In this document: positions 1 through 7,263 of the stretch, in pieces | Layout: every line of letters begins with the position of its first letter | Numbering within the stretch: the stretch's first letter is position 1 | Assembly (NCBI GenBank): GCA_050239825.1 | Contig: JBFXGO010000048.1 | Span: 1 to 15,960, forward strand | Direction of reading: 5' to 3' | DNA length: 15,960 nucleotides | Source: a bacterium | GTDB lineage: Bacteria > Hydrothermota > 32-111 | The notes under the pieces: model-generated | The model's input: the letters and a program-made list of their open reading frames with translations, nothing else | Told to the model about the DNA's origin: nothing | Database searches by the model: none | Made by a program: the position numbers and the translations under genes

Positions 1-1
1 T

Positions 2-160
2 GATTTTACAAAGCATGCGGGAAAGAGAATTAGAGGAGAACTATTGGTATTTTTAAGAGATGTTGGTTGTTTAACATATAAAGAAATATCGGGGATGGAA
101 TTTTTTACAAATCTTCAAATGTCATCCTTGGGGCGAATATATAAGAACAGCAAAAAATGA
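2..160 (+). CDS. 3' end of a gene truncated by the window edge; possibly the C-terminal HTH-like tail of a Y1 (REP-associated/IS200-like) tyrosine transposase
   Basis: Frame 2 is open from base 2 to TGA at 158-160: DFTKHAGKRIRGELLVFLRDVGCLTYKEISGMEFFTNLQMSSLGRIYKNSKK*. 'LRDVGCLTYKEIS' looks HTH-like and is followed by GCACCGTCCCC (180-190). The catalytic part is not in the window, so the product is inferred. Confidence 0.5.
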   Translation, partial: DFTKHAGKRIRGELLVFLRDVGCLTYKEISGMEFFTNLQMSSLGRIYKNSKK

Positions 161-218
161 AAAATTTACAAATTTACAAGCACCGTCCCCAGGATACCCT
201 AAATGAAATAAAAGCGAA

Positions 219-656
219 TTACATTACTATTAATCCATACGCTATGATTACTGACACGGGAATTAAAAGAGACACAATTCTGTTGAAATAAACGAAGGAT
301 TTATAGTGTTTCTCATAGGTTATTCTATCTTTATCTGACAGAATTAAAGATGATTCGTGCTTGGACGGAGTTCTAAATAGAAGCCACGGCGATGTAAGAA
401 TGATAAACGAACCTGCAACTATAGCATACACACCATAATCATTTACAGCTTGCAGGCGTTCTGCAATATAAAAGGAAGGAAAAACCAGAAGAATAAAACT
501 GGCTACATATAAGGACGTTAACAATAAAATATCACTGTCGGAATTTGCTTTCTGAAAAGCATTATTTTCTATTTCATTTGAATTGAAAAGACAAAGGGAT
601 TCCACAGAGGCAAAAATGGATAAAATTAGAAAAAATGAAATTACTTTCTTGATCAA
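219..656 (-). CDS. Hypothetical membrane protein (signal-like N-terminus, about 3 further hydrophobic helices)
   Basis: 145-aa ORF; its TTG start overlaps the stop of the upstream ORF (653-656); MIKKVISFFLILSIFA leader and hydrophobic segments. Confidence 0.7.
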   Translation of the reverse strand: MIKKVISFFLILSIFASVESLCLFNSNEIENNAFQKANSDSDILLLTSLYVASFILLVFPSFYIAERLQAVNDYGVYAIVAGSFIILTSPWLLFRTPSKHESSLILSDKDRITYEKHYKSFVYFNRIVSLLIPVSVIIAYGLIVM

Positions 657-1756
657 TTTTTTTCCATTGTTTTGGTTTTCATTAAAGTCCTTATCATTCT
701 ATAAATCGGCAATCTTTCTTTCTCTATACTGAGTGAAGATGCTTCAATTATTTGTTCTCTGAATCTTCTGATATCTTCTTCTCCTCTCTGTCTTTTTGAT
801 TTAAAAATGAAATCAATCAATTTGTTGAAAAAATGCTGAACGGAAAAACTTGCCAAAAGAGTCACAACCTCAGTCACCAAGAGAATGGGAAGAATGAAAA
901 ATCCTACTACAGGGTCTTCTGAATTATAATTATAAATTAAAAATCCGACATTGAAACCCACAAAAAAAATGCCGAGGGGAACAACAATGCAGGAAGTGAA
1001 TTTATTTTTATAATTCTTTAACTGACAATATTTGTCGTATTCCATCATGAGAGAATAGAATTCTCCCTCCCTCCTATAGTAAGAATATAGATCTTCCTCT
1101 CTTAATAATTTTCCGCCGAACATGCTCCTTAAAAGAGCAGAGTCATCTCTATTTGAAATTGAATCTATCATTAAACTGTAGGATAAATTGTTTATGTTTT
1201 CTCCGAAAATGATGTCTGAAAAAGAAGGGGAATAATCATAATCGCTGTAGAACTTTACATTGTTTATGTACGAATTTTTAAAATACAAAGAGAAAGAATA
1301 TTTTCCGTAGTCTGGTTCTGATTTAACAAAAAACATTTCCCGGGAGATGACTATTCCTGCAACAGATAAATTCTGATGCAATATAGAGAATGCGGAATCC
1401 TCATGTATTTTGTATGCAATGCTATCAGAGCAGAGATAATACTCTTTGAAACCGATTAAACATAAATCGATTTTTAAAGACTCATTTGGCATCTCAACAA
1501 AAATAAAATGGCTTAAATCAAAACAAAGAGCGGTGTCATTAAAGAAAAAAGAAGAATCCTTTGTAAAACCATTATACATGGTGAAATATACTTGGATTGA
1601 ATCCTTGTTTTCAGATAAGATGAAGGTCAGTGAATTCTTTGCGGATTCCACTGAAGAAATATTCACTGGCTGAGACGGTGAAAACGAAAGAGAATCAGCA
1701 GAAAGAAAAAAGTTGCAAATAATTAAAAACAGTAAAAAAAATAATTTTTTTGACAT
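653..1756 (-). CDS. Hypothetical exported/membrane-anchored protein (signal peptide, two C-terminal TM helices)
   Basis: Start moved to ATG 1756 (MSKKLFFLLFLIICNFFLSA, signal-peptide-like); the track's longer start at 1855 overlaps the neighbouring gene. Two hydrophobic helices near the C-terminus. Confidence 0.75.
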   Translation of the reverse strand: MSKKLFFLLFLIICNFFLSADSLSFSPSQPVNISSVESAKNSLTFILSENKDSIQVYFTMYNGFTKDSSFFFNDTALCFDLSHFIFVEMPNESLKIDLCLIGFKEYYLCSDSIAYKIHEDSAFSILHQNLSVAGIVISREMFFVKSEPDYGKYSFSLYFKNSYINNVKFYSDYDYSPSFSDIIFGENINNLSYSLMIDSISNRDDSALLRSMFGGKLLREEDLYSYYRREGEFYSLMMEYDKYCQLKNYKNKFTSCIVVPLGIFFVGFNVGFLIYNYNSEDPVVGFFILPILLVTEVVTLLASFSVQHFFNKLIDFIFKSKRQRGEEDIRRFREQIIEASSLSIEKERLPIYRMIRTLMKTKTMEKN

Positions 1757-1805
1757 GCTCTCATTCTCATTTGTTAAAGATAAAATTCGTATTCCGGCAA
1801 AACAA

Positions 1806-3482
1806 TTAAATATTATTTGACAGATTGTCCCAAAGGTCGTCATCAACACCGTCATCTACTTTATTTTTCTCCTTAAGCTTTTTCAGATAATTCGGATCCT
1901 TTGCGAGAATCTCATTGTATTCCTTCTCTCTTAGTTTCTTTAAGAAATTATTTGCCACATTGGGAAAGAGTTCTATCAAAAGCTCCTCTTTCTCATTCAT
2001 TGCGAGCTTCACTCCTCCGAATTCTTCAAGAATCGGATTCTCCTGCTTTTCATACTTTGACACATCATAAGGAGTCTCATTTGAAACCCCCGATATTTTC
2101 TGTCTGAAATCAGGGTCAACCCTATACGGAGTATGTCCGTATGAACCCTTCACAAGATTAACGAATTGCGCTGATTTTGATGTGTACCAGGGTTTCCCGT
2201 TCTTCTCATCGATTATGCAATTGACTGCCTGCACTCCGACTATCTGGCTTGTGGGAGTCACCAAAGGCGGAAGCCCCGAGTCAAGACGCACCTGAGGGAC
2301 AGCTTTAAGAACTCTCTCCATCTGGTCGAACATGTTCGCCTGTTCAAGCTGTGTCTTCATGTTTGTGTACATTCCGCCCGGAATCTGCGCCGTCTTCACA
2401 ATATCGTCTGGAGCAGGGAAATTAAAATGCTTGTCTATCTTATGAGTCTCATCCAAAAGTTTGTCAACTTTGTCATTCAAAGCATACTCTATGCAATTAT
2501 CAAACATCTTTTCAACTTCAATAGGCAGTTTGTCTTTGGTTATATCAAAACTGCGGGGATGCACATAGGATTTGTTGAATGGCTGAAGCTCTTTGCAAAT
2601 ATCATAAAGCTCATTGTTTATTTTTACCACTGCGTCAAGATTGACTCCAGTGTCAAGGTCAAGCTTGTTTGCGAATATCTGAATAAGCTCAAAAGCGGGA
2701 GCCGCCGGACCGCCTGCAAAATTCATTATAACAGTATCAACTATGTCAGCGCCGTTTACCATTGCCATTAAAACCGAAGCGAGACCGTAACCGGGAGTGC
2801 AGTGGGTATGAAGGTCTACAGGAATCTTTACCTCTTTTTTTAATCCTTTAATAAGATTTCTAGAAGTTTCCGGGTCAATGAGTCCCGCCATATCTTTAAT
2901 TGTTACCATGTCAACACCGAGAGATTCAAGCTCCTTTGCTTTATTTATAAAATAGTCTATTGTGAAAATCTTCGGCGGAAGTTTTTTTGATGAGAACATG
3001 GATTTCCACCTCTCAGAATTTGAGAAAATCGGATCGGTTGTAAAGCATACTGCTCCGTCAACCATTCCGCCTGCCTCTTTTACAAAACGCACAGTTGCTT
3101 TGTAATTGTCAATGTCATTTAAAGCGTCGAAGACTCTCATAATGTCAATACCCGACTTTACTGCATTCTTGCAGAACCCGCCTATTACGCTGTCAGGATA
3201 CGGATTGTATCCGAAAAGATTTCTTCCTCTTGAAAGAGCTGTCAGTTTTGACGATGTTCCAATGATTGATTTTATCATCTCGAGTCTGTCCCACGGATTC
3301 TCATTGAGATACCTCATTATAGAATCGGGAACTGCTCCTCCCCACACCTCCATTGCGTAGAAATGAGCGTCTTTGAAGAGGTGAATAACCTTGTTTACCT
3401 GCTTCTGGCTCATCCTTGTTGCGAACTGGGACTGCTGTCCGTCTCTTAAAGTCAAATCCCTTATCAATATTTTTTTAGACAT
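1806..3482 (-). CDS. Carboxyltransferase of the oxaloacetate decarboxylase alpha / pyruvate carboxylase B / transcarboxylase 5S family (HMGL-like + PYC_OADA), lacking a biotin-carrier domain
   Basis: Motifs RDGQQS, EVWGGA, RGRNLFGY, IKDMAG, HTH metal ligands, QIPGGMYTN, PPLVTPTSQIVG. ATG at 3482 preceded by AGGAGG (3487-3492, - strand). No AMKM biotinylation motif. Confidence 0.92.
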   Translation of the reverse strand: MSKKILIRDLTLRDGQQSQFATRMSQKQVNKVIHLFKDAHFYAMEVWGGAVPDSIMRYLNENPWDRLEMIKSIIGTSSKLTALSRGRNLFGYNPYPDSVIGGFCKNAVKSGIDIMRVFDALNDIDNYKATVRFVKEAGGMVDGAVCFTTDPIFSNSERWKSMFSSKKLPPKIFTIDYFINKAKELESLGVDMVTIKDMAGLIDPETSRNLIKGLKKEVKIPVDLHTHCTPGYGLASVLMAMVNGADIVDTVIMNFAGGPAAPAFELIQIFANKLDLDTGVNLDAVVKINNELYDICKELQPFNKSYVHPRSFDITKDKLPIEVEKMFDNCIEYALNDKVDKLLDETHKIDKHFNFPAPDDIVKTAQIPGGMYTNMKTQLEQANMFDQMERVLKAVPQVRLDSGLPPLVTPTSQIVGVQAVNCIIDEKNGKPWYTSKSAQFVNLVKGSYGHTPYRVDPDFRQKISGVSNETPYDVSKYEKQENPILEEFGGVKLAMNEKEELLIELFPNVANNFLKKLREKEYNEILAKDPNYLKKLKEKNKVDDGVDDDLWDNLSNNI

Positions 3483-3508
3483 CAAACCTCCTAAAATTAT
3501 ATTAATCA

Positions 3509-3536
3509 ATAATAAGTATAAAACCAAAGTTGTCAA
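3509..3536 (-). promoter_or_regulatory. Sigma70-type promoter for the carboxyltransferase gene
   Basis: TTGACA (3536-3531), 16 bp, TATTAT (3514-3509), upstream of the AGGAGG RBS. Confidence 0.6.
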
Positions 3537-3562
3537 TAGAATGACAGATACTATTATTTCGT

Positions 3563-3607
3563 TGTGCGAGCCGACGCTATTCGATTCAGCAGCCCCCATC
3601 AATTTTC
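3563..3607. repeat. Partial, diverged copy of the intergenic GC-rich repeat
   Basis: TGTGCGAGCCGACGCTAT-N10-AGCCCC...AATTTTC matches the 3' part of the copies at 3868-3919 and 3969-4020. Confidence 0.8.
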
Positions 3608-3691
3608 AATAATCAATTAACAATAAAATGATAGACCCTTCACGATAGTCATAATCATAGAGGCGTTCAGGGTGACACTTTTGATTAAGTT

Positions 3692-3764
3692 CTTGTCTTT
3701 ACAGTTCCGAGGAAAAATTCCAGTGCATCTCCGCACTGCTATTCAATGTTTTTCCGAGGACAAG
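3692..3764. other. Nested inverted repeat / long hairpin
   Basis: CTTGTCTT(3692-3699)/AGGACAAG(3757-3764), GGAAAAA(3711-3717)/TTTTTCC(3749-3755), CAGTGC(3721-3726)/GCACTG(3733-3738), 6-nt loop. Confidence 0.6.
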
Positions 3765-3861
3765 CAAGTCAATTCTTATTGAAAGTGAAAGCTACAAGTC
3801 GGCGAGGACGCTCCGCGCAGACGCCCATCAAGTGGTTCTCCCCTTGCTCCGCTAACCCATC

Positions 3862-4030
3862 TTGATAAAGCGGCGAAGCGGAGTGTGTGAGCCGACGCTA
3901 TGCCCGCCAACAGCCCCAATTTTCTTGACTCGTGACCAGTGATATTTGACTATGGATATCTTTTGATTAAGCGGCGAAGCGGAGTGTGCGAGCCGACGCT
4001 ATGCCCGCCAACAGCGCCAAAAGTTCTTGA
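3862..4030. repeat. Direct repeat pair: 52-bp GC-rich core, 101-bp period (REP/MITE-like)
   Basis: AAGCGGCGAAGCGGAGTGTG(T/C)GAGCCGACGCTATGCCCGCCAACAGC(C/G)CCAA at 3868-3919 and 3969-4020 (2 mismatches), both flanked by TTGAT... and ...TTCTTGA. Confidence 0.92.
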
Positions 4031-4112
4031 TTATTAATTCATAAATTTGATGTTTTAAAAATTCAGCTTATTCACCCACCGTTCAAGCGTAATGGTTCAG
4101 CAGATTATTGTC

Positions 4113-4140
4113 TTGACTTATAGTTATCTATAAATATTAT
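4113..4140 (+). promoter_or_regulatory. Sigma70-type promoter, probably leaderless, for the ybbR-tsaD operon
   Basis: TTGACT (4113-4118), 16 bp, TATTAT (4135-4140), 6 nt, ATG 4147; no SD. Confidence 0.55.
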
Positions 4141-4146
4141 AGAATA

Positions 4147-5079
4147 ATGAACTTTAATGAAATTATGAGAAAAAACTCCGCGATGAAGATAGTCTCGGTT
4201 TTATTGGCTATTATTCTTTGGTTCTATGTCGCAAGCGGACAAAGGGTTGAGATCAGACTGAAAACGAAGATACAGCTGGAGAATCTTGGCGACTCGCTCG
4301 CAGTAGCTTCGTGGAATACCGATACGGCTGAGATTCTCTTTTACGGCAAATCAAGGGATTTTCTTTTGATGAAAATACTCGGCAGGGAACCGGTTTATAT
4401 TATTAACCTTTCAACTCTTCAGGTTGGAAAACACTCTTTCACTATGAACAAGGACTCTGTCAAGTTGGAATATCTAAAGAAGATAACTCCAATAACGGTT
4501 CTGCAACCGAAAACTTTTGAGATTGAAATAGATTCCATCAGCAAAAAAGAAGTAATAATCTCTCCTGTTATAACGGGTCCTCCGGCCGATGGGTTTACCC
4601 TTTCCGGAGATATACTGGTTCATCCGGAAAGAATTGTGATTTTCGGAGCGAAAAGCATTCTGCAAAAAATAAGTTCAGTTGAAACAGATGAAATAAGCAT
4701 CAGAAGATCAAAAAAGAGTTTTTCAAAGAATACGGAAGTCAACATTGACAGCAGGTTTGTAAAATCCGATTTAAAGAAGGTCAGCGTGACAATATCTGTG
4801 GATGAAATTGATGTGAGAGACTTCAGGAGTGTGCCTGTTATATTTATAAACAAGCAGGAGTCTATTCGTCTCATACCCGATTCCCTCTCGGTCGATATTC
4901 AGCTTTCAGGTCCGAAAAAAATGCTCACTGAAATGCTTGCAGGAGAAGTCTCTCCGGTGATTGACATTTCACATATAACATCAAGGGGAAATTATCTTCT
5001 TGAAATTTCCATTCCCAAAAGGAAGTATATTGAAATTATCTCTGTTACACCCGCCTCAGTAAAGGTGTCCGCAGAATGA
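4147..5079 (+). CDS. cdaR: YbbR-like domain protein (CdaR family)
   Basis: N-terminal TM 'KIVSVLLAIILWFYV' typical of YbbR/CdaR; repeated beta-rich domains with G-x-P-A-D-G-F and P-x-x-V/I-x-I-x-G patterns. Confidence 0.8.
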   Translation: MNFNEIMRKNSAMKIVSVLLAIILWFYVASGQRVEIRLKTKIQLENLGDSLAVASWNTDTAEILFYGKSRDFLLMKILGREPVYIINLSTLQVGKHSFTMNKDSVKLEYLKKITPITVLQPKTFEIEIDSISKKEVIISPVITGPPADGFTLSGDILVHPERIVIFGAKSILQKISSVETDEISIRRSKKSFSKNTEVNIDSRFVKSDLKKVSVTISVDEIDVRDFRSVPVIFINKQESIRLIPDSLSVDIQLSGPKKMLTEMLAGEVSPVIDISHITSRGNYLLEISIPKRKYIEIISVTPASVKVSAE

Positions 5080-6065
5080 CTCTTATCCTTGGGATTGAAA
5101 CATCATGCGATGAGACATCGGCGGCTGTGGTTGAAGATGGAAAGAGAGTCTTGTCCAATGTAGTGAAAACTCAGATGTCCCATAAAGATTTTGGAGGCGT
5201 TGTTCCAGACCTCTCTTCAAGAGAGCATGTGGAATATATTTATCAGATCATCGAGGAGTCTCTCTTAACGGCAGGCGTCGGCATAAACTCGATTGATGCT
5301 GTTTCTGCTGTGAACGGACCCGGGCTTGTGGGTTCCCTTATGGTTGGGCTTCTCGCGGCAAAAGGCATAGCCGCAAGGTACAGCAAAAAGTTCATAGCCA
5401 CAGACCATGTAAGGGGTCATATTTACGGAAATGCTCTTTCCTTTGAGAAACTCTCATTTCCTTCATTGGCCCTTGTTGTCTCGGGCGGTCACTCATCCCT
5501 CTTTATCGTAGACCGGGAATTCAATGTGAGGGAGATAGGCAGAACCTTGGATGATGCGGCAGGAGAGGCCTTTGACAAGTGCGCGAAAATGCTGGGGCTC
5601 GGCTATCCCGGAGGTCCCGCTCTTGAATCATCCGCCGAGGGTGGAGACCCGAGGTATAAAAAATTTCCGGTGGCAAGGCTGAATAATCTGGATTTTTCAT
5701 TCAGCGGATTAAAGACATCCGTGATGTATTTTTTGAAGGACTCTTCTCAGGAAGAGATTCTTCGGAGTAAAAGCAACATCTCCGCCTCTGTGCAGGATGC
5801 GATAGTCTCTCAGCTGATATCGACGACGAAGAGAGCCCATGAAATTTACAGAACCAGAGCCGTTATGATTGCCGGAGGGGTCTCAGCCAATAAACTTTTA
5901 AGAAAGAGATTCAGAGAAACTTTTGAAAATAGAGGGGTCGATGTCTTCATACCTGAAATGAAGTACTGTACGGATAATGCGGCTTTGACGGCCGGATTGG
6001 CGTACATGGATTACAGCAAAAACATCTTTTCTCCGATTGACATCGGAGTATATTCAAGGAATTAA
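5076..6065 (+). CDS. tsaD: tRNA N6-adenosine threonylcarbamoyltransferase TsaD
   Basis: ILGIETSCDETSAAVV, GGVVP, GPGL, HxxGH, LVVSGGHS, DDAAGEAFDK, LGYPGGP, FSFSGLKT, AGGVSAN, CTDNAA; ATGA overlap with the upstream gene. Confidence 0.97.
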   Translation: MTLILGIETSCDETSAAVVEDGKRVLSNVVKTQMSHKDFGGVVPDLSSREHVEYIYQIIEESLLTAGVGINSIDAVSAVNGPGLVGSLMVGLLAAKGIAARYSKKFIATDHVRGHIYGNALSFEKLSFPSLALVVSGGHSSLFIVDREFNVREIGRTLDDAAGEAFDKCAKMLGLGYPGGPALESSAEGGDPRYKKFPVARLNNLDFSFSGLKTSVMYFLKDSSQEEILRSKSNISASVQDAIVSQLISTTKRAHEIYRTRAVMIAGGVSANKLLRKRFRETFENRGVDVFIPEMKYCTDNAALTAGLAYMDYSKNIFSPIDIGVYSRN

Positions 6066-6066
6066 A

Positions 6067-7263
6067 ATGACAAATAAAATTGCCACTCATTATCTGAAAA
6101 AAATGGTCGGTGAAATGGAATTGAGAATGCCTTTCGAAAAGGAAATTTACAGAGATGCGTTTTTATCCGTAAACAGACATGAGTTTGTAAATGAAATATT
6201 CGGATATGATGAGCATCTTCTTGACTTCAAAATAATAGACAGCGCATCCGGAAATGACAACGAAGGCAGTTTTATGCGGCGCGCTTATGCGGATTCCTCA
6301 ATTCTTTACTACAAGGATTCTGAAGGTTTTCTTTCATCTGTGTCAATGCCGTCTGTAATACTTGCGATGATAAATCTTTCGAAAATGCAGTCGGGAGATA
6401 AGGTCCTTGAAATAGGCACCGGTTCGGGATATTCCACGGCCATATTCTCACGCATTGTCGGAGAGTCGGGATTCGTGTGCGGAACAGAGATTTCAAAAGA
6501 GATTTTTGAAATAACTCAGAAAAATCTGAAAAAACTCTCTCTGCAGAATGTTCATATCGAACTCGCGGACGGAGGATTTGGAATAGAGGATTTTGCCCCA
6601 TTTGACAGAATGATTGTCTCATGCACAACAGCGGATGTGACTGTCCACTGGGTGAATCAATTGAAGCTCGGCGGTATTCTTGTCGCCCCCCTCGTTACGA
6701 GGGGATATCAGGTTATGGTCGCGTTGAAGAAGACGGACAAGGATGTGCTTGACGGAAGGGTTTATTGGCCCGTAAGATTTTTCCCTCTCTCCGGCGACTT
6801 TTCGATAATCTCCCATTATTCATTCTCATCAAGAGAATTGAAATCGATGAAAAAGATAATTGAGTCGACATCAAATACGGATGAGGATTTATCGGAGGAG
6901 ATAAGGCTTCTCTCAACCGACTCGCTGAAATCATTCCTCTTCTTTTTATCAATCAAGAATCCAAATGCAATATGCTACTATCCGCGCGAAGATGTTAGCG
7001 AAGGCATGGGATACGGAATATTCCTGCGCACAGGGAATATGTCGGGATTTTCACTTTTATTCGGAAGCAAATCTGTTTACTGGGGAAATCCGGAGGCTCA
7101 TGCAATGCTCAGGGCTGAATTCACAGCCTATAAAGCTCTCGGAATGCCCAATCTCCATTCAAGCAGAATAAGGGTGTTTAGCAACAGGGATGATTATCCG
7201 GTGGGAGAGAATGAGTATATGATAAAAAGAAAGGATTCCCTCACTCTCTTTTCATTTGATTGA
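6067..7263 (+). CDS. Protein-L-isoaspartate O-methyltransferase-like enzyme with a long C-terminal extension (RiPP-associated PIMT/FxLD-type architecture)
   Basis: V-x-RHEFV, SSVSMP, VLEIGTGSGYSTA (SAM motif I), DGGFG, APFDRMIV, QLKLGGILVAP; about 150 extra C-terminal residues. Start moved to ATG 6067 (AAGGA at 6056-6060, 1 nt after the tsaD stop). Confidence 0.85.
   Translation: MTNKIATHYLKKMVGEMELRMPFEKEIYRDAFLSVNRHEFVNEIFGYDEHLLDFKIIDSASGNDNEGSFMRRAYADSSILYYKDSEGFLSSVSMPSVILAMINLSKMQSGDKVLEIGTGSGYSTAIFSRIVGESGFVCGTEISKEIFEITQKNLKKLSLQNVHIELADGGFGIEDFAPFDRMIVSCTTADVTVHWVNQLKLGGILVAPLVTRGYQVMVALKKTDKDVLDGRVYWPVRFFPLSGDFSIISHYSFSSRELKSMKKIIESTSNTDEDLSEEIRLLSTDSLKSFLFFLSIKNPNAICYYPREDVSEGMGYGIFLRTGNMSGFSLLFGSKSVYWGNPEAHAMLRAEFTAYKALGMPNLHSSRIRVFSNRDDYPVGENEYMIKRKDSLTLFSFD

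Noticed and set aside
1757..1855. Longer start for the 653..1855 ORF
   Set aside because: Overlaps the carboxyltransferase 3' end and buries the signal peptide.
3483..3602. N-terminal extension of the carboxyltransferase in the ORF track
   Set aside because: Runs through the promoter and a repeat; the AGGAGG RBS and family N-terminus support ATG 3482.
3862..4030. CRISPR array interpretation of the direct repeats
   Set aside because: Only two regularly spaced copies, the core is long (52 bp or more), the third copy is off-period, and no cas genes are in the window.
3600..4110. tRNA, SRP, tmRNA, RNase P or riboswitch in the long intergenic region
   Set aside because: No cloverleaf/T-loop or other diagnostic consensus recognised by eye; cmscan is needed to exclude formally.
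6037..6066. TTG start for the methyltransferase
   Set aside because: Inside tsaD; ATG 6067 has an SD-like AAGGA and follows the stop directly.
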